DNA of 64,000 nucleotides from assembly GCA_012295275.1 (NCBI GenBank), contig CM022677.1:13330001-13394000 (forward strand). The letters are read 5' to 3'. This DNA is from Chrysomallon squamiferum. Lineage: Eukaryota; Animalia; Mollusca. Position numbers and translations under genes: made by a program. Under the pieces are notes generated by a model that saw only the letters and a list, made by a program, of their open reading frames with translations, had not been told where the DNA came from and did no database searches. Below, piece after piece: positions 12,003-21,050 of this stretch (the stretch's first letter is position 1; every line of letters starts with the position of its first letter).

Positions 12003-12132
12003 AACTGACAAACTTTCAAAACGTTCTTTATTTATACAATTATGTACATGACGTCACACAAATGACATAATATGGCGTACGTGACAAAATGAACGTAACG
12101 TTATTAAAAGACTAATCACTGTATTCATACGC
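12003..12132 (-). promoter_or_regulatory. Internal NS1 promoter / probable VP polyadenylation signal, unit 2
   Basis: TGACGTCA (12049-12056), TATAAATAAA (12036-12027) and TCAGTT initiator (12008-12003) with its A 30 nt from the TATA start. Conserved GCGTATGAATACAGT at 12132-12118. Confidence 0.8.
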
Positions 12133-12138
12133 ATATAA

Positions 12139-14265
12139 TTATATTGGATACGACCAGTCAAATGCGTTACCCATAGTTTGTACAGTTCTATCACCGTATG
12201 CACCATGTAATGGCCATAATTGTCTACGTCTATTACGTCTTTTATTCCAATTATCCCAAATAGGAGCAAAGCATCTCATTTTCCATGTTTTCTGAATTCT
12301 TTCTTTATATTTTTCAAGTGGTTCACCCAAGAACTGATCTTGTTCAGTATGTGTAACATTATCTTTATTACCCATTGGAGTAGATTCCCCTTTTTTAAAT
12401 GTTAATCCTAACATATTACCTGGACATCCTCCTAAACCGATCGGAATATATTTTGGACACATCCCTGTTCTAACTACAAATTCCACTTCACTGTAATATG
12501 TTATATGGATATTTGCATGATAATTGAAATATAATGTATTTCCTCCACTAGTTTTTTCTATATCAGGATATAAACCTATCATGTATATCGGAGGTCTGTT
12601 ACATTGGAATGTACGTCTATGAGAGCCATCTTTACATGAATCGACTTGTGGGTTATTAGCATTATTATGCATTACACCTGAGAGACTATATTTAGTACCT
12701 CCGTCATCTACCATAGATGGAGCACCAAGTTTATTAGATGCTTTATTTTGAAAACATGCTGTATAATGTATTCGTCTATACTGATGGTTAAAATAGCAAC
12801 ATATAGCTGTACCCATAGGATGTTTAGATTCATCCGTAATTATTAGATCATGTGTAGGCCATACTTCCAAATTACCTTTATTTTCATTAGCACACTGATA
12901 ATTTGTTTTTTGACATAATCCAGAAATATCTGTAAAATTTAATGTATGAGATGTTTCAGATGGAAAAATAATTAATGGTGAATCTTTACATGTGTAATCT
13001 AGTGCAAATCCACCTGCACTAATTACAGTTTCACGATAGCCATCATGTTTTTTAATATTGTAAATATAGTTAGGAGATTCGGCTTTATAAGTTATTCCAT
13101 CATCCTGTACATTCCATGCATGGTTTAATAATTGCATAGCCATATCACTAGGCATAAACAATTTTCTATCTGGTTGAACTTTTATACTACGTTCATTTAC
13201 ACTATCCATACATTCTTCATCTCGGAAGTAATGATTATGATGTAACATCAAATTATTTTCTGGTAATCCATAATCATTATGAACATCAGTGAATGTCCAT
13301 ACACGTGAATTAGGTGGTGCCATTACAGGAACTTCATTAGGATCTGATTTGTTATTATTTAATACATGAATAATCATATTATTTATGCTGAAACCTATTT
13401 TTTTTACTTTATATCCAATAAAATCATCAGGCAAATTCCAGTCTTCTGGATTAGTACTAGCTGCTTTATACCAATATGGAATTATATGTCCACCATGATT
13501 AAAAGTAAATTGACAAACATTTGGATCGCCTATGGCTTTCTTCCAATTTACATCATCTGTATTATTATCTAATATCTTCATTTCTGCTTTTCTGTCTTTT
13601 GTGAAATTTATAGTACTATTAAATGTACGTTTAAATGTTTTTTTTATCGTAATGTATCTAGGATCTAATACTTTTGTAGTTCCACCAAAACCCTGGTATA
13701 ATACATTATTACCAGTAGCTGATGCCATAGGTGCGCCTTCTATTGCTTCAGATCCACCAGTATCTGTAACCTCTTCGTTCATGATGGAATCTGGTTCCAT
13801 AACTGATTCCTCAGGTTGTAGATAGGTACCTTTAGTATTCGATTTATCCAATACATCTTGAGAAACAGTATTAGATAACTGTTTATTATCTCTGAATTTC
13901 GCATCTGATCCTCCAGATGGTTCACTTGAATTTCTCTTCATAGCTGATTTATCTGGATGTCTGGATGAGTCGTGTAAATCTCCTTGTTGTTCTTGGTTAT
14001 CGTAGAATAAAGGGGACCCGAAAGGGTCGTCTTCGTCCGAATCTTCAATAGAGTTATAGTCTTGCCCAATATTCTGAATTGCCTGATAGAAATCGTTATT
14101 AGGAATTTGTATATTTGGATACTGACGTCTGATCTGTAGCCACCTTTCTTGTCGTTGTTTGTAGGGGACATTTAGCTCAGCTAATTTGTTGAATGCTTTA
14201 GATTTGGCTATAGCCCACAGACGAGTTACCTCCGGCTTCGTCAAAAGTCTTTTGCCTTTTGTCAT
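12139..14265 (-). CDS. VP: Capsid protein (VP), intact (708 aa), no PLA2 motif
   Basis: The segment HIIPYWYKAASTNPEDWNLPDDFIGYKVKKIGFSINNM parallels the conserved parvoviral capsid stretch (AAV [42 protein letters not shown]). Disordered acidic N-terminus followed by a short Gly-rich GFGG. Assignment is by eye and by context. Confidence 0.85.
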   Translation of the reverse strand: MTKGKRLLTKPEVTRLWAIAKSKAFNKLAELNVPYKQRQERWLQIRRQYPNIQIPNNDFYQAIQNIGQDYNSIEDSDEDDPFGSPLFYDNQEQQGDLHDSSRHPDKSAMKRNSSEPSGGSDAKFRDNKQLSNTVSQDVLDKSNTKGTYLQPEESVMEPDSIMNEEVTDTGGSEAIEGAPMASATGNNVLYQGFGGTTKVLDPRYITIKKTFKRTFNSTINFTKDRKAEMKILDNNTDDVNWKKAIGDPNVCQFTFNHGGHIIPYWYKAASTNPEDWNLPDDFIGYKVKKIGFSINNMIIHVLNNNKSDPNEVPVMAPPNSRVWTFTDVHNDYGLPENNLMLHHNHYFRDEECMDSVNERSIKVQPDRKLFMPSDMAMQLLNHAWNVQDDGITYKAESPNYIYNIKKHDGYRETVISAGGFALDYTCKDSPLIIFPSETSHTLNFTDISGLCQKTNYQCANENKGNLEVWPTHDLIITDESKHPMGTAICCYFNHQYRRIHYTACFQNKASNKLGAPSMVDDGGTKYSLSGVMHNNANNPQVDSCKDGSHRRTFQCNRPPIYMIGLYPDIEKTSGGNTLYFNYHANIHITYYSEVEFVVRTGMCPKYIPIGLGGCPGNMLGLTFKKGESTPMGNKDNVTHTEQDQFLGEPLEKYKERIQKTWKMRCFAPIWDNWNKRRNRRRQLWPLHGAYGDRTVQTMGNAFDWSYPI
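13938..14171 (-). CDS. Candidate overprinted ORF-X (77 aa, basic)
   Basis: Open in the +1 frame of VP, ends at an ATGA overlapping the VP Met in SAMKR, and is conserved across units. Confidence 0.5.
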   Translation of the reverse strand: MSPTNNDKKGGYRSDVSIQIYKFLITISIRQFRILGKTITLLKIRTKTTLSGPLYSTITKNNKEIYTTHPDIQINQL

Positions 14266-14749
14266 GAAATTGGTATACGCGTGTATATATATGATACGTT
14301 TTCGTCTTCTTCAGCCTCTATTTCGTTACGTTCAGAATGTGTGACGTCAGTATCTATATCCTTTCTATCTGATTGAATGAATTCACCAAATTCATTAATG
14401 GCTTGTTCTATCTGATTTTTGGTATAATCAGCTACGCCTTCTATAGCCGATTCCACAACAGACGTTCCAATATTAATAGCAGGATCTAATAGTATACTAT
14501 CAGCTCCTATAATTTCTGTTATGGCAGGTGCAGTTGATTTTTAGTATATGTAGAAATACCTTCAACTGACGATTCTACAATAGATTGTCCAATAGCTGTA
14601 GCTGGCTCCAGGTCTATACTATCAGCTCCCAATATTTCAGTAATAGCAGGTACTGTAGATTCTATTATGGCAGATATAGCTATTTCCACTGAAGCATCAA
14701 AAGCATATTCGATAATTTCAGTTGCTATAATGCCTAAAGCTGTGAACAT
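14262..14749 (-). pseudogene. Chimeric, out-of-frame small ORF of unit 2 (unit 1-type 5' part joined to unit 3-type 3' part)
   Basis: 14534-14749 is nearly identical to 8243-8458, while 14262-14539 resembles 20151-20428. The join is at a shared TTGATT (14534-14539). Confidence 0.9.
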
Positions 14750-14833
14750 CCTATCGAAGCAATAGCTTGATTACAAATGAATTATATTTTAAAAATTAAA
14801 TATTAAATATAAAATATTACGGAAATTACGTAA

Positions 14834-15115
14834 TACTCTTCAAAATAAAAAAGCGTGGGGGGTGAATTTTGTAATGACCTGATAGATTTCAACCTAACTC
14901 TTGTTATTGTAAAAAAAACAAAGTTCCTCATGATCTGGCTTTTTAGCTTTTTGGCTTTTTGACCATAATGTACTTTTAGCCCGAAGGTGATAACGTTCCT
15001 TCGGGCGTAGCCAGAACCCGAAGGATCATATGTTAAAAGTACATTATGGTCAAAAAGCCAAAAAGCTAAAAAGCCATGTAGTGAGGAACTTTGTTTTTTT
15101 TACAATAACAAGAGT
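14834..15115. repeat. Type A ITR/hairpin, flop form
   Basis: Matches 8543-8692 continuing into 8990-9127; core at 14978-15034. Confidence 0.92.
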
Positions 15116-15410
15116 ATCCCAACTCAACTCTTGTGTAATTTTTAAAAAACAAACCCCAACTCAACTCTTGTGTAATTTTTAAAAAACTATGTATAACTTT
15201 ACTGGTTTTCTGGTTTTCTGGTTTTCTGATCTTGAAAGCCAATATGTACTTTTAGCCCGAAGGTGACTAGCTCCTTCGGGCGTAGCCCGAGCCCTACGGT
15301 CATAAGCTAAAAGTACATATTGGCTTTCAAGATCAGAAAACCAGAAAACCAGTAAAGTTATACATAGTTTTTTAAAAATTACACAAGAGTTGAGTTGGGG
15401 TATATCATCA
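15116..15410. repeat. Type B terminal hairpin (left end of unit 3), flop form
   Basis: Palindrome at ~15154-15400. The core at 15254-15308 is the reverse complement of the core at 9266-9320. Confidence 0.92.
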
Positions 15411-15661
15411 ACCGATTTTCTCAACCACGTGTTTATATATTTATTAATGTTATGATATTATTAAATAATAACAACAAATATATAATTTTAATAATATGTT
15501 TATTAATGATATTAAATATATATTTGAACATTATTTTATTAACATTTTAATTGAATAGTTGAACATAATATATTATTAATTCAATTATATTTTTATTTAT
15601 ATTACAATTTTTAATAACACAATTATAACTATTATTATTGTTCATAATGTTTTTGTCGTAC

Positions 15662-17842
15662 TTATTCACTCTTATATTTCTGAAAGATATCCATCTGAGT
15701 TTCTTGAATTGTATCATCAAACATTGTATCGAATGGTTGAGATGGTGGTATATAGAATTTAAATCGTTTCTGACTAAGATGTTCTGGTTCATTATCAATC
15801 GTGATGTAATTAGGATCCATTTCTTCTGTATCTGATACATCTTCCGTTTCAACTTCGTAATGTTTTCGTTTTAAGCCTTTATCATTTTGAATGTTCTCTT
15901 TCAATTTGTTTTGGGATTGTATGAATAAATCCTGTGACGGATTATAAACACTTTCTTCTTCAGAATCAGAAATTACTATGTACTCAGGTTCTGCGTTTAC
16001 AACAATCTCTTTTTTAATATTGTCTTCATTATCCACTTGAGTACAATCCTGACTATTGTCGAAATGGTCGTGGAAATAACTGAGTCTTCCTTCAAACGAA
16101 TTGTCGTTATTATGAATGTTATTAATGTTCGCAAAGTATTCTCTATCGTTTTCAAGAGATAAAGTTATTTCATCATCAGATGGTTCACGGCCTACTGTAA
16201 ATAGTTTTGGGTGCAACAGCCCATAACATTGCTTAAGAATATTACTTCTTTTTAAACCTTCTATCAGAAACAATCTAGTTTTCATAATTCTTATTTGTGA
16301 CGTGGTTAACCCATCCCCAAACTTGTTATTAGAATTCAGTAAACATAGGTTACCTCTGCAATATACGGGTGTTGTCCCTTTCCGCTCACACGTAGCCTTT
16401 GATCCACTCAATAAGTCCTTATACTTGTCAATATTTGTTTGGTTTATGGAAATCTCTTCGCCTAGAATTATTTTTTTATTTCCCAACATTTGCCAAGGAA
16501 AATTATCCTTGGCAATTTTACCTGCTGTTGGTACGCATTCAAATAATGAACTTGACACCATAGTTTTCCCGCTGTCCGATTCGCCCTGAAAATATACTCC
16601 TATCTTTTTCTTTCCCTTTCCTTTCAATAAACCTACTATTAAACTGTAAAGCCATCTCTCCGGTATGTCCTGCTACCTACACCACGAATTGAAAATCTTA
16701 AAACTATCGTCTGGGCTCATATAGTGATCTATTTTGTCATTAAGTGTTTTTAACTGTTCAAATGCGGACTTGTCTGCTTGTTCTTCCAAATACTTTGATC
16801 TTGCTGCATTAAATAACTTGTCGCCAGATGAATTAGCGACTGCGTTACACAGTGCCTTAAATTCATTACTTCCTGCCTCGAATTTACTAATTAGTAAGTT
16901 TAATTTGTTGACATCTGGATACTGCTTGATAAGATTGTAAAAGAACTCCAGAGTATCTGATGACTTAGTGTTTATTAAATGTGAAGGAATCGATATTTTA
17001 TCTGCTGTAACATTCTTTGGATCATCTGATGTATCCATAGCTTGTATGATACTGTTGTCTCTTTTTACTTCATTTACTGTTAGTCCGTCTTTTCTATATC
17101 CTGATGTTGATGGTTTATCATTAGATTCATTCTTTTTAACTGGATTCCTAATATTGGAAATAATGTTTTTATTCAATTTTGTTGATTGAGACTCATCAAA
17201 AAAATCTTTCAATATGTTCAAGATATCTGCATCATTTTCGTTTATTTCCTTATCAGTGTCATTCCATATTTGTAATAGTCCTTCATCAGTTGTTCCGAGA
17301 AACTGCTTCTCATCATCGTTCATCAAATATTTAATATAATTTTCTACTGTTGACTTTTGAGGATCTCTTAATTTCATAATTTCCATGTATCCGCCTTCAG
17401 TCAAAACGGCTCTGTGTAGTCTCCTGTACTGCCTGTCTTGTGAAGGTGTTTTAAGTGATGTCTTCCAAATTACGTGGCAGTGAGTTCCATATGTTGGATG
17501 GTTCGTAATAGATTGACAGTCTTTTTGGTGATATACGAGAAGTGTTTTCCATGATTTGTTCCTCAAGAAAGCTTTAAATTCATTAATCACTCTGTCTTGT
17601 CCGCGAGAAAGTTGTTCATAGTTTGGAGTCGACCAATGGTCGACTGCCTTGTCTAATACATCTTGTACGTCCATTTGATAGGACTTTATATATTGCTTGC
17701 CAGTAGCATAGATGAAATTTCCATCCTTATCTCGTGCCAGACATCTCGGCACGAGATATTTAGGGTGTACCATGTCGTAATTCAAATGACCAATCACAAC
17801 ACTATAAAAGGTATTATCTGGAAGATCGACGAATCTGTCCAT
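15662..17842 (-). pseudogene. NS1: NS1 of unit 3, full length with a single in-frame stop
   Basis: ORFs 16673-17842 and 15662-16627 are in the same frame. TAG at 16675-16673 replaces the Glu codon of WCREQ. All catalytic motifs are present. Confidence 0.93.
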
Positions 17843-17890
17843 GACGTGTATTTATTTTATATTAACGTGTTAAGTTAAAAGATAATTGAC

Positions 17891-18020
17891 AACTGACAAC
17901 TTTCAAAACGTTCCTTTATTTATACACTTATTTACATGACGTCATAATTATGACGTAATATGGCGTACGTGACAAAAATAACGTAACGTTATTAAAAGAC
18001 TAATCACTGTATTCATACGC
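17891..18020 (-). promoter_or_regulatory. Internal NS1 promoter, unit 3
   Basis: TGACGTCA at 17937-17944, TATAAATAAA at 17924-17915 and TCAGTT at 17896-17891. Confidence 0.8.
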
Positions 18021-18027
18021 GTACATT

Positions 18028-20154
18028 TTATATTGGATACGACCAATCCATTGAATTACCCATAGTTTGGACTGTTCTATCGCCATATGCACCATGTACT
18101 GGCCATAATTGTCTACGTCTATTTCGTCTTTTGTTCCAATTATCCCAAACAGGAGCAGTACATCGCATTATCCATGTTTTCTGTATTCGTTCTTTATATT
18201 TTTCAACTGTTTCACCTAAGAACTGATCTTGTTCTGTATGTTTAACATTATCCTTATTTCCCATCGGTGTAGCTTCACTTCCTTTGTATGTTAATCCTAA
18301 CATATTACCTGGACATCCGCCTAAACCGATGGGAATATATTTTGGACACATCCCTGTTCTAACTACAAATTCTACTTCACTATAATATGTGATATGAATG
18401 TTTGCATGGTAGTTGAAGAATAATGTATTTCCTCCACTAGTTTTTTCTATATCAGGATATAAACCAATCATATATATGGGAGGTCTGTTACACTGAAAGG
18501 TACGTCTATGCGATCCATCTTTACATGCATCGACTTGCGGGTTGTTAGCATTATTATGCATTACACCTGAGAGACTATACTTAGTACCTCCGTCATCTAC
18601 CATAGAAGGAGCACCAAGCTTATTAGATGCTTTGTTTTGAAAACATGCTGTATAATGTATTCTTCTATACTGATGGTTAAAATAACAACATATTGCCGTA
18701 CCCATAGGATGTTTAGATTCATCAGTAACTATTATATCATGCGTAGGCCAGACCTCCAAATTACCTTTGTTTTCATTAGGACATTGATAATTTGATTTTT
18801 GACATAAACCAGAAATATCTGTAAAGTTTAAGGTATGAGATGTTTCAGTTGGAAAAAATATTAATGGTGAATCTTTGCATGTATAATCTAATGCAAATCC
18901 ACCTGCACTAATGACAGTTTCACGATAACCGTCATTTTTCTTAATGTCATAAATATAATTAGGAGATTCTGCTTTATACGTTATACCGTCATCATCAGCA
19001 GTCCATGCATGATTTAATAATTGCATAGCCATATCGCTAGGCATATATAATTTTCTATCTGGTTGTACTTTTATGCTACGTTCAGCTACACTATCCATAC
19101 ATTCTTCATCTCTGAAGTAGTGATTATGATGTAACATTAAATTATTTTCTGGCAATCCATAATCATTATGTACATCTGTAAATGTCCATACACGTGAATT
19201 AGGTGGTGCCATAACAGGAACTTCATTAGGATCAGCTTTGTTATTATTCAATACATGAATTAGCATGTTATTTATGCTAAAACCTATTTTTTTTACTTTG
19301 TATCCAATAAAATCATCTGGTAAGTTCCAATCCTCTGGTTTAGTACTAGCAGCTTTATACCAATATGGAATTATATGTCCACCATGATTAAAAGTAAATT
19401 GACAAACATTTGGATCGCCTATGGCTTTTTTCCAATTTACATCATCTGTATTATTATCTAATATTTTCATTTCTGCTTTTCTTTCTTTTGTAAAATTTAT
19501 AGTACTATTAAATGTACGTTTAAATGTTTTTTTTATCGTAATGTATCTAGGATCTAATACTTTTGTAGTTCCACCAAAACCCTGGTATAATACATTGTTA
19601 CCAGTAGCTGATGCCATAGGTGCGCCTTCTATTGCTTCAGATCCACCAGTATCTGTAACCTCTTCGTTCATGATGGAATCTGGTTCCATAACTGATTCCT
19701 CAGGTTGTAGATAGGTACCTTTAGTATTCGATTTATCCAATACATCTTGAGAAACAGTATTAGATAACTGTTTATTATCTCTGAATTTCGCATCTGATCC
19801 TCCAGATGGTTCACTTGAATTTCTCTTCATAATTGATTGATCTGGATGTCTGGATGAGTCGTGTAAATCTCCTTGTTGTTCTTGGTTATCGTAGAATAAA
19901 GGGGACCCGAAAGGGTCGTCTTCGTCCGAATCTTCAATAGAGTGATAGTCTTGCCCAATATTTTGAATTGCCTGATAGAAATCGTTATTAGGAATTTGTA
20001 TATTTGGATACTGACGTCTGATCTGTAGCCACCTTTCTTGTCGTTGTTTGTAGGGGACATTTAGCTCAGCTAATTGGTTGAATGCTTTAGATTTGGCTAT
20101 AGCCCACAGACGAGTTACCTCCGGCTTCGTCAAAAGTCTTTTGCCTTTTGTCAT
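18028..20154 (-). CDS. VP: Capsid protein (VP), intact (708 aa)
   Basis: Same length as and closely similar to 12139-14265, with many synonymous differences in the 3' two-thirds. Confidence 0.85.
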   Translation of the reverse strand: MTKGKRLLTKPEVTRLWAIAKSKAFNQLAELNVPYKQRQERWLQIRRQYPNIQIPNNDFYQAIQNIGQDYHSIEDSDEDDPFGSPLFYDNQEQQGDLHDSSRHPDQSIMKRNSSEPSGGSDAKFRDNKQLSNTVSQDVLDKSNTKGTYLQPEESVMEPDSIMNEEVTDTGGSEAIEGAPMASATGNNVLYQGFGGTTKVLDPRYITIKKTFKRTFNSTINFTKERKAEMKILDNNTDDVNWKKAIGDPNVCQFTFNHGGHIIPYWYKAASTKPEDWNLPDDFIGYKVKKIGFSINNMLIHVLNNNKADPNEVPVMAPPNSRVWTFTDVHNDYGLPENNLMLHHNHYFRDEECMDSVAERSIKVQPDRKLYMPSDMAMQLLNHAWTADDDGITYKAESPNYIYDIKKNDGYRETVISAGGFALDYTCKDSPLIFFPTETSHTLNFTDISGLCQKSNYQCPNENKGNLEVWPTHDIIVTDESKHPMGTAICCYFNHQYRRIHYTACFQNKASNKLGAPSMVDDGGTKYSLSGVMHNNANNPQVDACKDGSHRRTFQCNRPPIYMIGLYPDIEKTSGGNTLFFNYHANIHITYYSEVEFVVRTGMCPKYIPIGLGGCPGNMLGLTYKGSEATPMGNKDNVKHTEQDQFLGETVEKYKERIQKTWIMRCTAPVWDNWNKRRNRRRQLWPVHGAYGDRTVQTMGNSMDWSYPI
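19827..20060 (-). CDS. Candidate overprinted ORF-X (77 aa)
   Basis: Differs from the unit 2 ORF-X by one residue and has the same ATGA overlap at its stop. Confidence 0.5.
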   Translation of the reverse strand: MSPTNNDKKGGYRSDVSIQIYKFLITISIRQFKILGKTITLLKIRTKTTLSGPLYSTITKNNKEIYTTHPDIQINQL

Positions 20155-20516
20155 GAAATTGGTGTACGTGTGTATATATATGATACGTTTTCGTCTTCTT
20201 CAGCCTCTATTTGGTTACGTTCATAAGGTGTGACGTCAGAATCTATATCCTTTCTATCTGATTGTATAAATTCACCAAATTCATTAATTGCTTGCTCGAT
20301 CTGATTTTTAGTATAATCAGCTACGCCTTCTACAGCCGATTCCACTACAGACGTTCCAATATTAATAGCAGGATCTAATAGTATACTATCAGCTCCTATT
20401 ATTTCTGTTATAGCAGGTGCAGTTGATTCTAATATAGCAGATGTAGCTATTTCAACAGATGCATCAAATGCGTACTCAATTAATTCGGTAGCTATTATCC
20501 CCAATGCTGTGAACAT
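20151..20516 (-). CDS. Small acidic viral protein (121 aa), intact
   Basis: Homologue of 8093-8458 with the same length and an ATGA overlap with the VP start. Confidence 0.85.
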   Translation of the reverse strand: MFTALGIIATELIEYAFDASVEIATSAILESTAPAITEIIGADSILLDPAINIGTSVVESAVEGVADYTKNQIEQAINEFGEFIQSDRKDIDSDVTPYERNQIEAEEDENVSYIYTRTPIS

Positions 20517-20529
20517 CCTAGTATCGACT

Positions 20530-21050
20530 ATTATTTTGAAATGATAAAATTATAATAATCAATATTATATATATAATATATAACGGATATGACGTAATAC
20601 GTCACGTGACATGAATGTGGTATGATGATATACCCCAACTCAACTCTTGTGTAATTTTCTATAATCAATTTTCTATAATCATTTTCTATAATCAATATTA
20701 TATATATAATATATAACGGATATGACGTAATACGTCGGTCATGACATGAATGTGGTATGATGATCAATTAATTCGGTAGCTATTATCCCCAACTCTTGTG
20801 TATCCTATTTCAACTATTATTTTGAAATGATAAAAAACCATCAAATTATATATATAGTTTTTTGAAAAATTACACAATGTATAATGTGGTTGATGGTTTT
20901 CTGGTTTTCTGTAATTTTCTATAATCAATTTTCTATAATAATTTTCTATAATCAATATTATATATATAATATATAACGGATATGACGTAATACGTCACGT
21001 GACATGAATGTGGTATGATGATATACCCCAACTCAACTCTTGTGTAATTT
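20530..21050. repeat. Triplicated and scrambled VP-promoter/ITR-proximal region of unit 3
   Basis: ATATAACGGATATGACGTAATACGTC...GACATGAATGTGGTATGATGAT occurs three times (~20577, ~20711, ~20971), interleaved with short pieces copied from nearby sequence. Confidence 0.85.

Noticed and set aside
13532-13825. Recurrent plus-strand ORFs antisense to VP and NS1 (e.g. 19421-19714, 33528-33833, 16302-16589)
   Set aside because: They are antisense shadows of the real genes. Starts and ends vary between lineages and no promoter is evident.
5800-14265. Reading the units as canonical NS-then-VP genomes offset by half a unit
   Set aside because: That would put the hairpin clusters in mid-genome and leave the ends without termini. 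Matching inverted termini bracket the VP-then-NS1 arrangement instead.
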